The notes: generated by a model from the letters alone, not told the origin. A stretch of 64,000 bases of DNA from an uncultured Lachnospiraceae bacterium (GCA_946405185.1 CAMJGH010000002.1:5761-69760), one strand, 5' to 3'; positions 1 through 10,738 are shown, numbered from the stretch's first letter. Numbers and translations are program-made.

Positions 1-2367
1 CTGCCGGACATTCAGGAGCGCGTGGATGCCATCGCCCGCGAGGAGGACCAGGGCGCCACGTTCCACGGGCCTTCACTGTTTGTGCACCGCCCGGAGGATG
101 CCGCCAAAGCCGCTGCCACAGCCGGCCCCCGAAAGGCAGCCGATGAGCCGCCCGTGGCGCTCTCCATCGATGTGGTGGACACCGAGGCCATGCGCAAGCG
201 CCCCAAGACCGACCGTCCCATCACCTGGACCTTCACGGATCTGCCGGTCTTTGACGGCTCACAGGCGCCGTCCGCCGGACCGGACACTTCCGAAAAGCCG
301 GCCCGCACGCGTAAGGCGGCCGACCGCCCGAAGTCTTCCAAGCCGGAAGCCGAGGCGGCTTCTCCCGCGGAGACGCCTGCTTCCCGCCGTGTGAAACCGG
401 CGGATATCCCCATCTTCTTCGGGACCGGTTCCCAGGCCGCCCAGCCTTCTGAAGAGATACCTGCACCTGAAAAGCCCGCAGCGCCCGCGCCCAAAAAGCC
501 GGCCGCCAGGGCAGAGAAGAAGCCCGCTGCCGCGCCGGCCGCCAGGCCGGCTCCCGCACCGGACAACGACATCGACAACCTGCTGCAGGCCTTCTCCGAA
601 GAGGATACCGAGCCGGTCACGCTCTTCCAGGAGGACGATCCGTACGAGCAGGCCTTTGACGATGAGTTTGACGAGCCCGGCATCCCCGAGCAGTTCCTGC
701 CCGGGTACGATGAGAAGGAAGCCGCCGGCAAGGATCTGAACACCTACAACGCCGAGACCGGCGTCAAGCGCGTGGTGACGGCCAGCGGTAAAGTCATCGA
801 GGTGGAGCTGGACGGTGTGCCCGGCGCCCGCAAGATGCCGCCGGCACCGCCCAAGAAAGAGACCGTCAAGCCCGAGGAGATCGTGCCGGTCAAGCCCGTC
901 ATCCTGAAGGATTACGTGCCGCCGAAGCTCAACCTCCTGAAGCTGGCGGACAACAACATCAACCGGCAGGCGCTGGACGCCGAACTGCGGGATACCGCCG
1001 TGAAGCTCCAGGAAACCCTGCAGAGTTTCGGCGTGGGCGTCACCGTGGCCAACGTCACCTGCGGCCCGACGGTCACCCGGTACGAGCTGCAGCCCGAACA
1101 CGGCGTCAAAGTCAGCCGCATCACGTCGCTGGCGGACGACATCAAGCTGAGCCTGGCCGCTGCGGACATCCGCATTGAAGCGCCGGTGCCCGGCAAATCC
1201 GTCATCGGCATCGAAGTGCCCAACCGCGAGAACGTGACGGTCTCGCTGCGCGAACTGCTGGAAACGCCGGAGTTCAAAAACCACCCGTCCAAGCTGGCCT
1301 TTGCGGTGGGCAAGGACATCGGCGGCAAGACCATCATTGGCGATATCGCGCGCATGCCGCACCTGCTGATCGCCGGTGCCACCGGCTCGGGTAAGTCCGT
1401 CTGCATCAACACGCTGATCATCAGCCTCCTGTACCGGGCCAAGCCCGATGAAGTGAAGCTGATCATGATCGACCCGAAGGTCATCGAGCTGCAGGACTAC
1501 AACGGCATCCCGCACCTGCTGCTGCCGGTCATCACGGATCCGAAGAAGGCCGCCGGCGCCCTCAACTGGGCGGTCGCGGAGATGACGCAGCGCTACAAGA
1601 AGTTCGCGGACGTGTCCGTGCGCAACATCGGTGAGTACAACCGCAAGATCGACGACATGGACGATCTGCCGGAAGAGAAGCGCCCCGAGAAGATGCCGTA
1701 TATCGTCATCATCGTGGACGAGCTGGCGGATCTGATGATGACCTGCGGCGGTGAGGTGGAAGACGCCATCATCCGCCTGGCCCAGCTGGCCCGCGCCTGC
1801 GGCATCCATCTGGTCATCGCCACGCAGCGCCCGTCCGTCAACGTCATCACCGGTCTGATCAAGGCCAACATTCCCAGCCGCATCGCCTTCGCGGTCACCT
1901 CCGGTGTGGATTCCCGCACCATCCTGGACCACAACGGCGCCGAGAAGCTGTTGGGCAAGGGCGACATGCTGTACTCGCCCATGGGCATGAACACGCCGCT
2001 GCGCGTGCAGGGCGCGTTTGTGTCCGGCTCCGAAGTGACGGCGGTGGTCGAGTCCATCACCAAACAGGGGGCCGTCAAGGGCAGCGAGCAGAACACCGCC
2101 ATCACGGAGTCGGCCTCTTCGAACGCCCGCGGCGGTGCCGCGGACCGGGACGAACTGTTCATGCAGGCCGCCCAGTTCATCGTGGACAAGGAGAAGGCTT
2201 CCATCGGCGCCCTGCAGCGGATGTTCTCCATCGGCTTCAACCGCGCGGCGCGCATCATGGACCAACTCTGCGATGCCGGCGTGGTCAGCGAGGAGGAGGG
2301 CACCAAGCCCCGCCGCGTGCTGCTGACCAAAGAGCAGTTTGCCGCCTGGCAGGAAGAAAATTTCTGA
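1..2367 (+). CDS. ftsK: DNA translocase FtsK/SpoIIIE (5' end outside window; frame open from nt 1)
   Basis: Pro/Ala-rich linker, then motor domain with Walker A 'GATGSGKS' and Walker B 'IVIIVDELADLMM'. C-terminal gamma winged helix 'ASIGALQRMFSIGFNRAARIMDQL'. No N-terminal TM helices in the window, so the true start is upstream. Confidence 0.93.
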   Translation: MPDIQERVDAIAREEDQGATFHGPSLFVHRPEDAAKAAATAGPRKAADEPPVALSIDVVDTEAMRKRPKTDRPITWTFTDLPVFDGSQAPSAGPDTSEKPARTRKAADRPKSSKPEAEAASPAETPASRRVKPADIPIFFGTGSQAAQPSEEIPAPEKPAAPAPKKPAARAEKKPAAAPAARPAPAPDNDIDNLLQAFSEEDTEPVTLFQEDDPYEQAFDDEFDEPGIPEQFLPGYDEKEAAGKDLNTYNAETGVKRVVTASGKVIEVELDGVPGARKMPPAPPKKETVKPEEIVPVKPVILKDYVPPKLNLLKLADNNINRQALDAELRDTAVKLQETLQSFGVGVTVANVTCGPTVTRYELQPEHGVKVSRITSLADDIKLSLAAADIRIEAPVPGKSVIGIEVPNRENVTVSLRELLETPEFKNHPSKLAFAVGKDIGGKTIIGDIARMPHLLIAGATGSGKSVCINTLIISLLYRAKPDEVKLIMIDPKVIELQDYNGIPHLLLPVITDPKKAAGALNWAVAEMTQRYKKFADVSVRNIGEYNRKIDDMDDLPEEKRPEKMPYIVIIVDELADLMMTCGGEVEDAIIRLAQLARACGIHLVIATQRPSVNVITGLIKANIPSRIAFAVTSGVDSRTILDHNGAEKLLGKGDMLYSPMGMNTPLRVQGAFVSGSEVTAVVESITKQGAVKGSEQNTAITESASSNARGGAADRDELFMQAAQFIVDKEKASIGALQRMFSIGFNRAARIMDQLCDAGVVSEEEGTKPRRVLLTKEQFAAWQEENF

Positions 2368-2405
2368 CGGCCGCCCCGTAAAGGGGAACCGTCCTGGAGA
2401 TCCGT

Positions 2406-3794
2406 ATGAATGCATTGACCGTAAATGAGATCGCGCAGGCCGCCGGCGGCCGCATCCTGTCCGGAAACCCGGAGACAGTGGTGACCAGCCTCGCCATCGA
2501 CTCGCGCGTGGTCACGAACGACTGCCTGTTCATCCCCATCATCGGGGAGCGGACCGACGCGCACCAGTTCCTGCCGGAGGTCTGTGAAGAGGCTGCCGCC
2601 GTGCTCACGAGCGAACATGATGCTGCGCCCGAAAACCCCGGCCGTGCCGCCTGGGTCCGCGTGGACGATACCATCGCGGCCTTATCGGCCATCGGCGCGC
2701 TTTGCCGCAGCCGGGCCATGATCCCGGCCGTGGGCGTGACCGGTTCCGTGGGCAAGACTACCACGCGCGAGCTGATCGCCGCGGCGCTCTCGGCCGGAAA
2801 GACCGTCTACAAGACCAACCGCAACTACAACAGCCGCATCGGCCTGCCCATCACGCTGTCCGAGATGACGAACGATTATGACTGCGCCGTGCTGGAATTG
2901 GGCATGAACGTGCCCGGCGAGCTGACAGACATCGCGAAGCTGGCGAAGCCCGCCTGCTGCGTAGTTACCAACATCGGCGTGGCGCACATGGAGTTTTACG
3001 GCTCGCAGGAAGGCATCTGCCACGAGAAACTCTCCGTGACGCAGGGGATGCTGCCGGGCGGCGTACTCTTTGCCAACGGCGACGATCCCTACCTGCGCAA
3101 ATTCGCACCCGACGTGCCGTTCCCGGTCGTCTTTTTCGGCGAAGGAGAGGACAACGACGTGCGCGCGGTGGATGTGCGCCTGGAAGACGCGCTGGCGCGC
3201 TTTACGGCTGTGCTCGGTGTGGAGCGCGTGCCGGTGTCGCTGTCCGTTCCCGGACGCCACAACGTGCTGAACGCCCTGGCCGCGCTGGCTGTGGCCAGCC
3301 ATTTCGGCGTGGACCTGCACAAGGCCGCCGAAGCCATCGGCGCCTACAAAGGCTATGCCGGGAGGCTTCTGACCACCATCGTGTCCGGTGTGACACTGAT
3401 CGATGACGCCTATAATGCCAGCCCCGCCTCCATGAAGGGCGGCCTGGATATCCTGACCCAGCGCGGCTGTGCGGGCCGCCGCGTCGCGGTGCTGGGCGAT
3501 ATGAAAGAACTCGGTGACCGGACGGATGATTTCCACCGCGAGGTGGGAGACCACGCCGCAGCCCTCCCGCTGGATCTTCTCGTGACCATCGGCAGCAGTG
3601 CCCGATACATCGGTGAAGCGGCCAAAGCCGCCGGCGCCGCGTTTGACGTGATGGGCTTTGAGACCGCCATGGACGCCAAAGACGCGCTGCTTTCGTACGC
3701 AAAGCCCGGGGACATCCTCTACTTTAAAGCCTCCAACAGCATGAAGCTGGGCGCGCTGGCTGCGGCCGTGAAAGACGGCCTGAAAGACGCATGA
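2406..3794 (+). CDS. murF: UDP-N-acetylmuramoyl-tripeptide--D-alanyl-D-alanine ligase
   Basis: Mur ligase P-loop 'GVTGSVGKTTT' and 'DDAYNASPASM' motif. About 460 aa, typical MurF length. Confidence 0.9.
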   Translation: MNALTVNEIAQAAGGRILSGNPETVVTSLAIDSRVVTNDCLFIPIIGERTDAHQFLPEVCEEAAAVLTSEHDAAPENPGRAAWVRVDDTIAALSAIGALCRSRAMIPAVGVTGSVGKTTTRELIAAALSAGKTVYKTNRNYNSRIGLPITLSEMTNDYDCAVLELGMNVPGELTDIAKLAKPACCVVTNIGVAHMEFYGSQEGICHEKLSVTQGMLPGGVLFANGDDPYLRKFAPDVPFPVVFFGEGEDNDVRAVDVRLEDALARFTAVLGVERVPVSLSVPGRHNVLNALAALAVASHFGVDLHKAAEAIGAYKGYAGRLLTTIVSGVTLIDDAYNASPASMKGGLDILTQRGCAGRRVAVLGDMKELGDRTDDFHREVGDHAAALPLDLLVTIGSSARYIGEAAKAAGAAFDVMGFETAMDAKDALLSYAKPGDILYFKASNSMKLGALAAAVKDGLKDA

Positions 3795-6004
3795 TCGCCC
3801 GGTATGCCGGCGTCATCGTGGACGGCAAGGTGGAGGCGCTCGACCGCGTCTTTTCCTACCGCATCCCCGCGGCGCTTGCGGACCGCATCCGGCCGGGCGT
3901 GCGCGTGCGCGTGCCCTTCGGCAAAGGCGATCACGAAAAAGCCGGCTATGTGGTCACGCTTTCGGACCGGACGGATGTGCCGGACGAGAAGATCAAGGAT
4001 CTGCTGGGCGTCAAGGATCTGACGGGCGATGCCGCCGAGATCCGCGTGGCGCTGGCCGCCTGGATGCGCGGCGAGTACGGCTGCACCATGAGCCAGGCCC
4101 TGAAGGTCTGCCTGCCGCCCGCCAAAGCCGCGCAGGTGCGCATCCAGCGCATCCTTCACCTGGCCGCAGACAGGGATCAGGCGAAGGCGCTGCTGGCCGA
4201 AGCGGAGAGGAAGAAACACCACGCCAAGGCCAGACTGATCGCCGCCCTCATCGAAGACCCGTCCGTTCCGCAGTCCGCCGTGACCGGCCGCCTGCAGATC
4301 ACCCGGCCCACCATCGACGCCCTCGTGCGTGACGGCGTCATCCGCGTGGAAGAGCGGGAGATCACCGGCCCCGCGCAGCCGGAGACGGAGCGCGTGAAGA
4401 TCACGCTGAATCCGGACCAGCAGCACATTGCGGATGAGATCTGGCAGGGCTATACGCACGGGGATTCCCGCCCCAGCCTGATCTACGGCATCACCGGCAG
4501 CGGAAAGACCGAGATCTACCTGGAACTGATGGAGCGCGTGATCGCGCAGGGGAAACAGGTGATCCTGCTGATCCCGGAGATCTCGCTGACCTACCAGACG
4601 CTGATGCGCTTTTACCGGCGCCTCGGCCACCGCGTCTCCTACGTGCACTCGCGGCTGACGCCGGCCGAAAAGGCCGAGCAGTTTGCCCGAGCGGCGGACG
4701 GGGAGATCGACGTCATGATCGGCCCGCGCTCGGCGCTCTTCACGCCTTTTGCAAAGCTTGGCTGCATCATCGTGGACGAAGAACACGACGACGCCTACCA
4801 GAGCGATCAGACACCGCGCTACCACGCGGTGGAGACAGCCTTCCATCTGGGAGAACTGACCGGGTCGCTGGTGATTGCCGGTTCCGCCACACCTTCCATA
4901 GACCGGTACGACCGGGCTATGAAAGGCGAACTGCGGCTCTTTTCCCTGACCAGACGCGCCCACGAGGGCGCGCTGCTGCCGGATGTCACCGTCTGCGACA
5001 TGCGCGAGGAGATGAAGAACAAGAACCGTTCCATCTTCTCGGCACCGCTCTGGGAAGCCATCGAAGGGTGCCTGGAGCGCCACGAGCAGATGATGCTGTT
5101 CCTAAACCGCCGCGGCTTTTCCGGATTTGTGTCCTGCCGTTCCTGTGGAACGCCGCTCACCTGCCCGCACTGCGATATCTCGCTGACGGCTCACCGGGAC
5201 GGGCGCCTGCGCTGCCACTACTGCGGCTACACGCGCATCCTCCCGAAACAGTGCCCGGTCTGTGGGTCCGAGTACCTGGCCGGCTTCGGCATGGGCACCG
5301 AGAAGGCCGAAGAGCTGGTGAAGCAGGCTTTCCCCGGTATCCGGACGCTGCGGATGGATGCGGACACCACCTCCGGCAAGGACGGCCACAGCCAGATCCT
5401 GCGCGCCTTCGGCGCCGGGGAGGCCGATGTGCTCATCGGCACCCAGATGATCGTCAAAGGACACGATTTTCCGGCTGTCACGCTGGTGGGCATCCTCATG
5501 GCGGATCTGTCGCTCTACAGTGCGGACTACCGCGCCTCGGAAAAGACCTTCGGGCTGCTCACGCAGGCTGCCGGCCGCGCCGGGCGCGCGGACCTTCCCG
5601 GGCAGGTCATCATCCAGACCTACAACCCGGAGCACTACGCCATCCAGTGTGCCGCCCTGCAGGATTATCCGGCATTCTACGAGCAGGAGATCGCCTACCG
5701 GCAGCTGATGCACTACCCGCCGTGCGGGTATCTGATGAACGTTCAGTTTGCCTCGCCGGATGAGCGCACGGCCGAGCGCGCCGCGGACGACTGCGCCGCG
5801 TTCCTGAAGCGCCAGCCGGAGACATCCGCCTACAAGATGGCCGTCATCGGCCCTGGCTCACCGCACGTGAGCAAGATCAAAGACCAGTACTACCGCCACC
5901 TGATCGTCAAGGCAGAGGACAAGACGGCGCTGGCGGCATTACGGGAAGCCATCCTCCGCCGGGAAGCCGGACCGCGCGTCTGGCTCACCTGTGAGATCCG
6001 ATAA
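3791..6004 (+). CDS. priA: Primosomal protein N' (replication restart helicase PriA)
   Basis: Walker A 'GITGSGKTE', 'VDEEHD' box and Cys-rich zinc module 'CRSCGTPLTCPHCDISLTAHRDGRLRCHYCGY...CPVCGS'. ATGA overlap with the murF stop. Confidence 0.93.
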   Translation: MIARYAGVIVDGKVEALDRVFSYRIPAALADRIRPGVRVRVPFGKGDHEKAGYVVTLSDRTDVPDEKIKDLLGVKDLTGDAAEIRVALAAWMRGEYGCTMSQALKVCLPPAKAAQVRIQRILHLAADRDQAKALLAEAERKKHHAKARLIAALIEDPSVPQSAVTGRLQITRPTIDALVRDGVIRVEEREITGPAQPETERVKITLNPDQQHIADEIWQGYTHGDSRPSLIYGITGSGKTEIYLELMERVIAQGKQVILLIPEISLTYQTLMRFYRRLGHRVSYVHSRLTPAEKAEQFARAADGEIDVMIGPRSALFTPFAKLGCIIVDEEHDDAYQSDQTPRYHAVETAFHLGELTGSLVIAGSATPSIDRYDRAMKGELRLFSLTRRAHEGALLPDVTVCDMREEMKNKNRSIFSAPLWEAIEGCLERHEQMMLFLNRRGFSGFVSCRSCGTPLTCPHCDISLTAHRDGRLRCHYCGYTRILPKQCPVCGSEYLAGFGMGTEKAEELVKQAFPGIRTLRMDADTTSGKDGHSQILRAFGAGEADVLIGTQMIVKGHDFPAVTLVGILMADLSLYSADYRASEKTFGLLTQAAGRAGRADLPGQVIIQTYNPEHYAIQCAALQDYPAFYEQEIAYRQLMHYPPCGYLMNVQFASPDERTAERAADDCAAFLKRQPETSAYKMAVIGPGSPHVSKIKDQYYRHLIVKAEDKTALAALREAILRREAGPRVWLTCEIR

Positions 6005-6024
6005 ACCGAAAGGAAGCAAACACT

Positions 6025-6534
6025 ATGGCACTTCGCAACATCCGTCTGGAAGGAGACCCGCTGCTGCGCAAGACCAGCAAGCCGGTCAAAGAGATCACCG
6101 ACCGCATCCGTACGCTGGCCGAGGACATGCTCGAGACCATGTACGACGCCAACGGCGTAGGCCTGGCCGCCCCGCAGGTGGGCATCTTAAAGCGCATGGT
6201 CACCATCGATGTCTCGGAGGACGGGACGGAACCCATGGTGATGATCAACCCCGTCATCCTGGAGCGGGACGGTGAGCAGACCGGCCCCGAGGGGTGCTTA
6301 AGCCTCCCCGGGCTTCAGGGAACCGTCACCCGCCCGTCGCACGTTAAGGCGGAATACACGGATCTGGACGGCAACCGCTGCACGGTAGAAGGCGATGATC
6401 TGCTGGCCCGCTGCATCTGCCACGAGCTGGACCACCTGGACGGCGTGCTCTACCGCGATGTGGCCGAAGGCCCGCTGGTGCAGGTGAGCGCTTCCGACGA
6501 CGAAAAAGAGGAAGAAGAAGCCGAAGAGGAGTGA
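6025..6534 (+). CDS. def: Peptide deformylase
   Basis: The three canonical motifs 'GVGLAAPQVG', 'EGCLSLPG' and 'HELDHLDG'. Acidic C-terminal tail. Confidence 0.95.
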   Translation: MALRNIRLEGDPLLRKTSKPVKEITDRIRTLAEDMLETMYDANGVGLAAPQVGILKRMVTIDVSEDGTEPMVMINPVILERDGEQTGPEGCLSLPGLQGTVTRPSHVKAEYTDLDGNRCTVEGDDLLARCICHELDHLDGVLYRDVAEGPLVQVSASDDEKEEEEAEEE

Positions 6535-6555
6535 CCTCTTCGAAAGGAGCACGGC

Positions 6556-7497
6556 TTGCGCGTTATCTTTATGGGAACTCCGGACTTTGCGGTGCCGACG
6601 CTGCAGAGTCTGATCAACAGCAAACACGAGGTCTGCGCCGTGGTGACGCAGCCGGACCGCCCGAAGGGGCGTCACGGACAGCCGGTGTTCTCGCCGGTCA
6701 AGGAGACGGCGGCGGCCGCCGGCCTGCCGGTGCTGCAGCCCGCGAAACTCCGTGAGGAAGGCGTGTACGAAGCGCTGGCCGCTTACCACCCGGATGTCAT
6801 CGTGGTGGCCGCGTTCGGGCAGATCGTGCCGGAACGCATCCTCAACCTCCCGCCGTACGGCTGCATCAACGTGCACGGGTCGCTCCTTCCGAAATACCGC
6901 GGGGCTTCTCCCATCCAGTGGGCCATTGCGGAAGGGGAGAAGGAGACCGGCATCACCATCATGCAGATGGCCAAAGGCCTGGATACGGGCGACATGCTGC
7001 TGCAGAAGGCCATCCCGCTGACCGGCACCGAGACAGGCGGGAGCCTGTTCGATGAACTGGCCGGCATGGGCGGTCCGCTGGTGCTGGAAGTGCTGGACGG
7101 CCTGGCCGCCGGTACCGTCACGCCGGTGCCGCAGAATGATGCCGAGGCCACCTACGTGACCATGCTCACCCGGGAGTCCGGCGCCATCAGCTGGAGGGAA
7201 CCGGCCGCTGTCATCGAGCGCAAGGTGCGCGCCTTCAACCCGTGGCCGGCCTGCTATACGGAGCTGGAGGGACAGACGTTGAAGATCTGGGCCGCTCACG
7301 TGGAAGACCGGGATGCCAACGCCCTGCCGGGAACGGTGGTGGACACCGCCGGCGGTGTGCTGCGTGTGCAGACAGGAGAGCACATCCTGGCCGTCACCGA
7401 GCTGCAGCTGGCCGGCAAGAAGCGCATGGACACTGCCAGTTTCCTGCGCGGTTTTGCGGTGAAGCCCGGCACCAGGCTGGGTGAGGCAGACGCATGA
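6556..7497 (+). CDS. fmt: Methionyl-tRNA formyltransferase
   Basis: TTG start 6 nt after 'AAAGGAG'. 'MRVIFMGTPDFAVPTL' and 'HGSLLPKYRGASPIQWAI'. Conserved def-fmt synteny. Confidence 0.93.
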   Translation: MRVIFMGTPDFAVPTLQSLINSKHEVCAVVTQPDRPKGRHGQPVFSPVKETAAAAGLPVLQPAKLREEGVYEALAAYHPDVIVVAAFGQIVPERILNLPPYGCINVHGSLLPKYRGASPIQWAIAEGEKETGITIMQMAKGLDTGDMLLQKAIPLTGTETGGSLFDELAGMGGPLVLEVLDGLAAGTVTPVPQNDAEATYVTMLTRESGAISWREPAAVIERKVRAFNPWPACYTELEGQTLKIWAAHVEDRDANALPGTVVDTAGGVLRVQTGEHILAVTELQLAGKKRMDTASFLRGFAVKPGTRLGEADA

Positions 7498-8825
7498 GCG
7501 CGCCTTCCGCCCGCGAGCTGGCCGTACGCCTTACGCAAAGCGTGCTGGAGGGCGATGCCTTCCTGCAGGATGAACTGACGAAAGCCATGGAGTCCGGTGC
7601 GCTGACGCCCGCCGACAAGCGATTTCTGCAGCGCCTGTCGCGCGGCACGGTGGAGCATGTGATGCTCCTGGACTGGTACATCGGGCAGGTTTCCTCGGTG
7701 CCGGTCCGCAGGATGAAGCCGCGCATCCGCGCCATCCTGCGCGTCACCGCGGAACAGCTTTTCTTCCTGGAGGTGCCGGACCGCGCCGCGGTCAGCGAGG
7801 CCGTCCGTCTGGCGAAGGCCATGGGCATGGCCGGACTGTCCGGCTTCGTGAATGCCGTGAGCCGCAAACTGGCCTCCCAAATAAACACCTTAACACCGCC
7901 AAAAGACCGGGCCACCCGGCATTCCGTGCCGGAGTGGATCCTGAAGGAATACGAAGCCTGCGCCACGGCAGACCGCCTGGACGCAGCGCTTGCCTACCTG
8001 AACGACCCGGACCGCCACGGCATCACCGTGCACCTGCACGAAGATATGCTGCCGGCGGATCAGATCATCACCCGCATGGAGCAGGACGGCCTGACCGTCC
8101 GCCTGCGCGACGATATCCCCGGAGCAGCGGATATCGAAGCCCCCGAAGGCCTCGGGAAGTGCACCTCCTTTGCGAAAGGCCTGTTTACCGTACAGGATGC
8201 CGGCTCCATCGCCGCGTGCCTGGCCGCGGGCATCTGCCCGGGCGATACGGTGCTGGATCTGTGTGCCGCCCCCGGCGGCAAAACGGTCTTTGCCGCCCAT
8301 GCCGCCGGTCCTTCCGGCCACGTGACGGCCAGAGACCTGAGCCGGGACAAGACCGATAAGATCACCGAAAACCTCTGGCGCTGCCGCATGCCGCAGGTAA
8401 AAACGGAAGTGTGGGATGCCACCACACCGGACCCGCGCTGGGTCGATCAGGCGGACGTGGTCATCGCCGACCTGCCGTGTTCGGGCCTGGGCGATATCGC
8501 CCGCAAGCCGGACATCCGCTACCGGCAGACGCCGGAGAGTGTAAAAGACCTGGCGGAACTGCAGCGGCGGATCCTCACCAATGCCGTCACCTACGTGAAG
8601 CCAGGCGGCACGCTGCTGTATGCCACCTGCACCGTCACGGAGGAAGAGAACGCCGGCAACGTGAAGTGGATGCTGGCCAGCTTCCCGGAGTATCATCTGG
8701 AAGAGGCGTCCGTCCCGGGGCTCACGCTCCCGGCCGGCACCAGCACGCCTTACGGTGTGCAGCTCCTTCCCGGTGAACTGGGAGGAGACGGATTCTTTTT
8801 CGCGAGGTTCGTGAGACAACAATGA
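7494..8825 (+). CDS. rsmB: 16S rRNA (cytosine967-C5)-methyltransferase
   Basis: NusB-like N-terminus plus SAM MTase motifs 'DLCAAPGGKT', 'DLPCSGLG' and 'LLYATCT'. Follows fmt as in most Firmicutes. Confidence 0.9.
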   Translation: MSAPSARELAVRLTQSVLEGDAFLQDELTKAMESGALTPADKRFLQRLSRGTVEHVMLLDWYIGQVSSVPVRRMKPRIRAILRVTAEQLFFLEVPDRAAVSEAVRLAKAMGMAGLSGFVNAVSRKLASQINTLTPPKDRATRHSVPEWILKEYEACATADRLDAALAYLNDPDRHGITVHLHEDMLPADQIITRMEQDGLTVRLRDDIPGAADIEAPEGLGKCTSFAKGLFTVQDAGSIAACLAAGICPGDTVLDLCAAPGGKTVFAAHAAGPSGHVTARDLSRDKTDKITENLWRCRMPQVKTEVWDATTPDPRWVDQADVVIADLPCSGLGDIARKPDIRYRQTPESVKDLAELQRRILTNAVTYVKPGGTLLYATCTVTEEENAGNVKWMLASFPEYHLEEASVPGLTLPAGTSTPYGVQLLPGELGGDGFFFARFVRQQ

Positions 8826-9904
8826 AGGGAAAGGACGAACAGACAATCGCATACGGAACGGACGCCCGCTCCCTGAGTCTTCCCGAATGGGAGGCGTATC
8901 TGGCCAAAGCCGGCCTTCCCCGGTACCGCGCCGGGCAGATCTACGGGTGGCTGCACAAGCACGGGGCTGAATCCTATGAGGAGATGACCAACCTGCCGGC
9001 GTCCCTGCGGGAGCGCCTGGCGGGAGACCTTCCCATCGCGCCGGTCACGGAAGCCGCCAGACAGGTCTCGGCGCTGGACGGCACGCAGAAATTCCTGTTT
9101 GAGATGGGCGACGGCAACGCCGTGGAGAGCGTCTTCATGAAGTACCACCACGGCAACTCCGTGTGCATCTCCTCGCAGGCCGGGTGCCGCATGGGGTGCC
9201 GGTTCTGTGCCTCCACCATCGGCGGGCTGGACCGCAACCTCACGCCCGGCGAGATGCTGGGGCAGATCTATCAGATCCGCCGCCTCACGGGCGAAGAGAT
9301 CAGCAACGTCGTGGTCATGGGCACGGGCGAGCCGTTTGACAACTACGACAACCTGATGCGCTTTCTGCACCTCCTGACGGATCCGAAGGGCTTCGGGCTC
9401 TCGGCCCGGTCCGTCACGGTGTCCACCTGCGGCCTGGTGCCGCGCATCTACCAGTTTGCGGAGGAAGGCATCCCGTGCACGCTGGCCATCTCGCTGCACG
9501 CCTCGGACGATGAGACCAGGCGCCGGATGATGCCCATCGCCGAAAAGTATTCCATCGCCGAGATCCTGGCAGCCTGCCGCACGTATTTCGAGAAGACCGG
9601 CCGCCGGGTGACGTTTGAATACAGCCTGGCTGCGGGCGTCAACGACAGCCCGGAGGCCGCGAAAGCCCTGGCCGCGCTGGTAAAAGGCCTCAACTGCCAC
9701 ATCAATCTGATCCCGATCAACCCCGTCCGCGGGCGGGAATTTGCCCCCTCGGCAAGGCCTTCCTGCGAGGCGTTTAAACTTTTACTTGAAAAACAGGCAA
9801 TCCATGTTACGATAAGGAGAGAGCTCGGGCGCGATATCGACGGGGCCTGCGGTCAGCTGCGCCACCGTCAGAAGCTTTCGGCTCACGAAACAGGAGAGGA
9901 ATGA
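8822..9904 (+). CDS. rlmN: 23S rRNA (adenine2503-C2)-methyltransferase, radical SAM
   Basis: Radical-SAM cluster 'CRMGCRFCAS', 'YRAGQIYGWL' N-terminus and 'GACGQL' C-terminus. Confidence 0.93.
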   Translation: MKGKDEQTIAYGTDARSLSLPEWEAYLAKAGLPRYRAGQIYGWLHKHGAESYEEMTNLPASLRERLAGDLPIAPVTEAARQVSALDGTQKFLFEMGDGNAVESVFMKYHHGNSVCISSQAGCRMGCRFCASTIGGLDRNLTPGEMLGQIYQIRRLTGEEISNVVVMGTGEPFDNYDNLMRFLHLLTDPKGFGLSARSVTVSTCGLVPRIYQFAEEGIPCTLAISLHASDDETRRRMMPIAEKYSIAEILAACRTYFEKTGRRVTFEYSLAAGVNDSPEAAKALAALVKGLNCHINLIPINPVRGREFAPSARPSCEAFKLLLEKQAIHVTIRRELGRDIDGACGQLRHRQKLSAHETGEE

Positions 9905-10665
9905 GAAGCATCACCGCAACCGATATCGGGTTGGTGCGCAGCGTCAACCAGGATATGTGCTTCGCGTCGGATGAGCCCGTCGGGCCTCTGCCCAATCTGT
10001 ATCTGCTGGCAGACGGCATGGGCGGTCATTCGGCCGGAGAGTTTGCCTCCAGTTTCACCATCCGCAACTTTGTGCGGCTGGCGGAAACGCGGGAGGCTGG
10101 TTTTGGTGTGCCGCTTCAGACGTACCTGTCCGCCATCGCCATGGAAGTCAACGGCCTGCTCTACCAGGAGTCCTCGCGGCCCGGCGCCTTCCACGGCACC
10201 GGCACCACGCTGGTGGCGGCCACGGTGGCGGAGGGCGTGCTCTACGTCATCAACATCGGCGACAGCCGTCTCTACCGGGTGGGCAAAGAGTTCACGCAGG
10301 TGACACTTGATCACTCCGTCTCGGAGGAGATGGTGCGCCGCGGCGAGACTGAGCGCGGTTCGGACCTCTACTGGGAAAAGAAGAATCAGATCACACGGGC
10401 CGTCGGTCCGGCGCGGACCGTCCTGGTGGATACGTTCGCCCTGCCGCTGCACGAGGGGGAGGGCATCCTCCTGTGCTCGGACGGACTGACCAATATGCTT
10501 TCGGATGAGGAGATCCTGTCCGTCATCCGCGCCTATCCGGGGCGGGATGCCGACAGCCTGGCTCACATCCGCGAAGACCTGCTCGAGGCGGCGAAGGCTG
10601 CCGGCGGCACGGACAACATCACGTTCGTCTATGCCTGGCCCGAGCAGGCGGCAGACCGCGCCTGA
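9901..10665 (+). CDS. prpC: PP2C-family Ser/Thr protein phosphatase (Stp/PrpC)
   Basis: 'LLADGMGGHSAGEFAS', 'CSDGLTN' and 'GGTDNITFV' motifs. Lies immediately upstream of the PASTA kinase. Confidence 0.92.
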   Translation: MRSITATDIGLVRSVNQDMCFASDEPVGPLPNLYLLADGMGGHSAGEFASSFTIRNFVRLAETREAGFGVPLQTYLSAIAMEVNGLLYQESSRPGAFHGTGTTLVAATVAEGVLYVINIGDSRLYRVGKEFTQVTLDHSVSEEMVRRGETERGSDLYWEKKNQITRAVGPARTVLVDTFALPLHEGEGILLCSDGLTNMLSDEEILSVIRAYPGRDADSLAHIREDLLEAAKAAGGTDNITFVYAWPEQAADRA

Positions 10666-10738
10666 CGCCGCGCGTATCAATAGGCGTTCAACCCGGCAGG
10701 GCTTTTCCGGCCTGCCGTCATGATGGAGGAATCACTTC

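Noticed and set aside
259-2415. 718-aa ORF antisense to ftsK. Same class: 3719-5083(-), 6298-7383(-), 15013-16281(-), 17204-19006(-), 19306-20031(+), 39923-41212(+), 42351-44180(+), 50398-53310(+) and 59333-60514(+), among others.
   Set aside because: All lie opposite genes with unmistakable conserved motifs. Their translations are Arg/Gly/Ala/His/Leu-rich low-complexity strings with no motifs and no RBS. Long stop-free antisense frames are expected in GC-rich DNA.
10694-10717. 7-bp GC hairpin in the 73-nt gap between the PP2C phosphatase and the PASTA kinase, considered as an attenuator.
   Set aside because: The stem is short, no U tract follows, and the two genes are normally co-transcribed. 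Support is insufficient.
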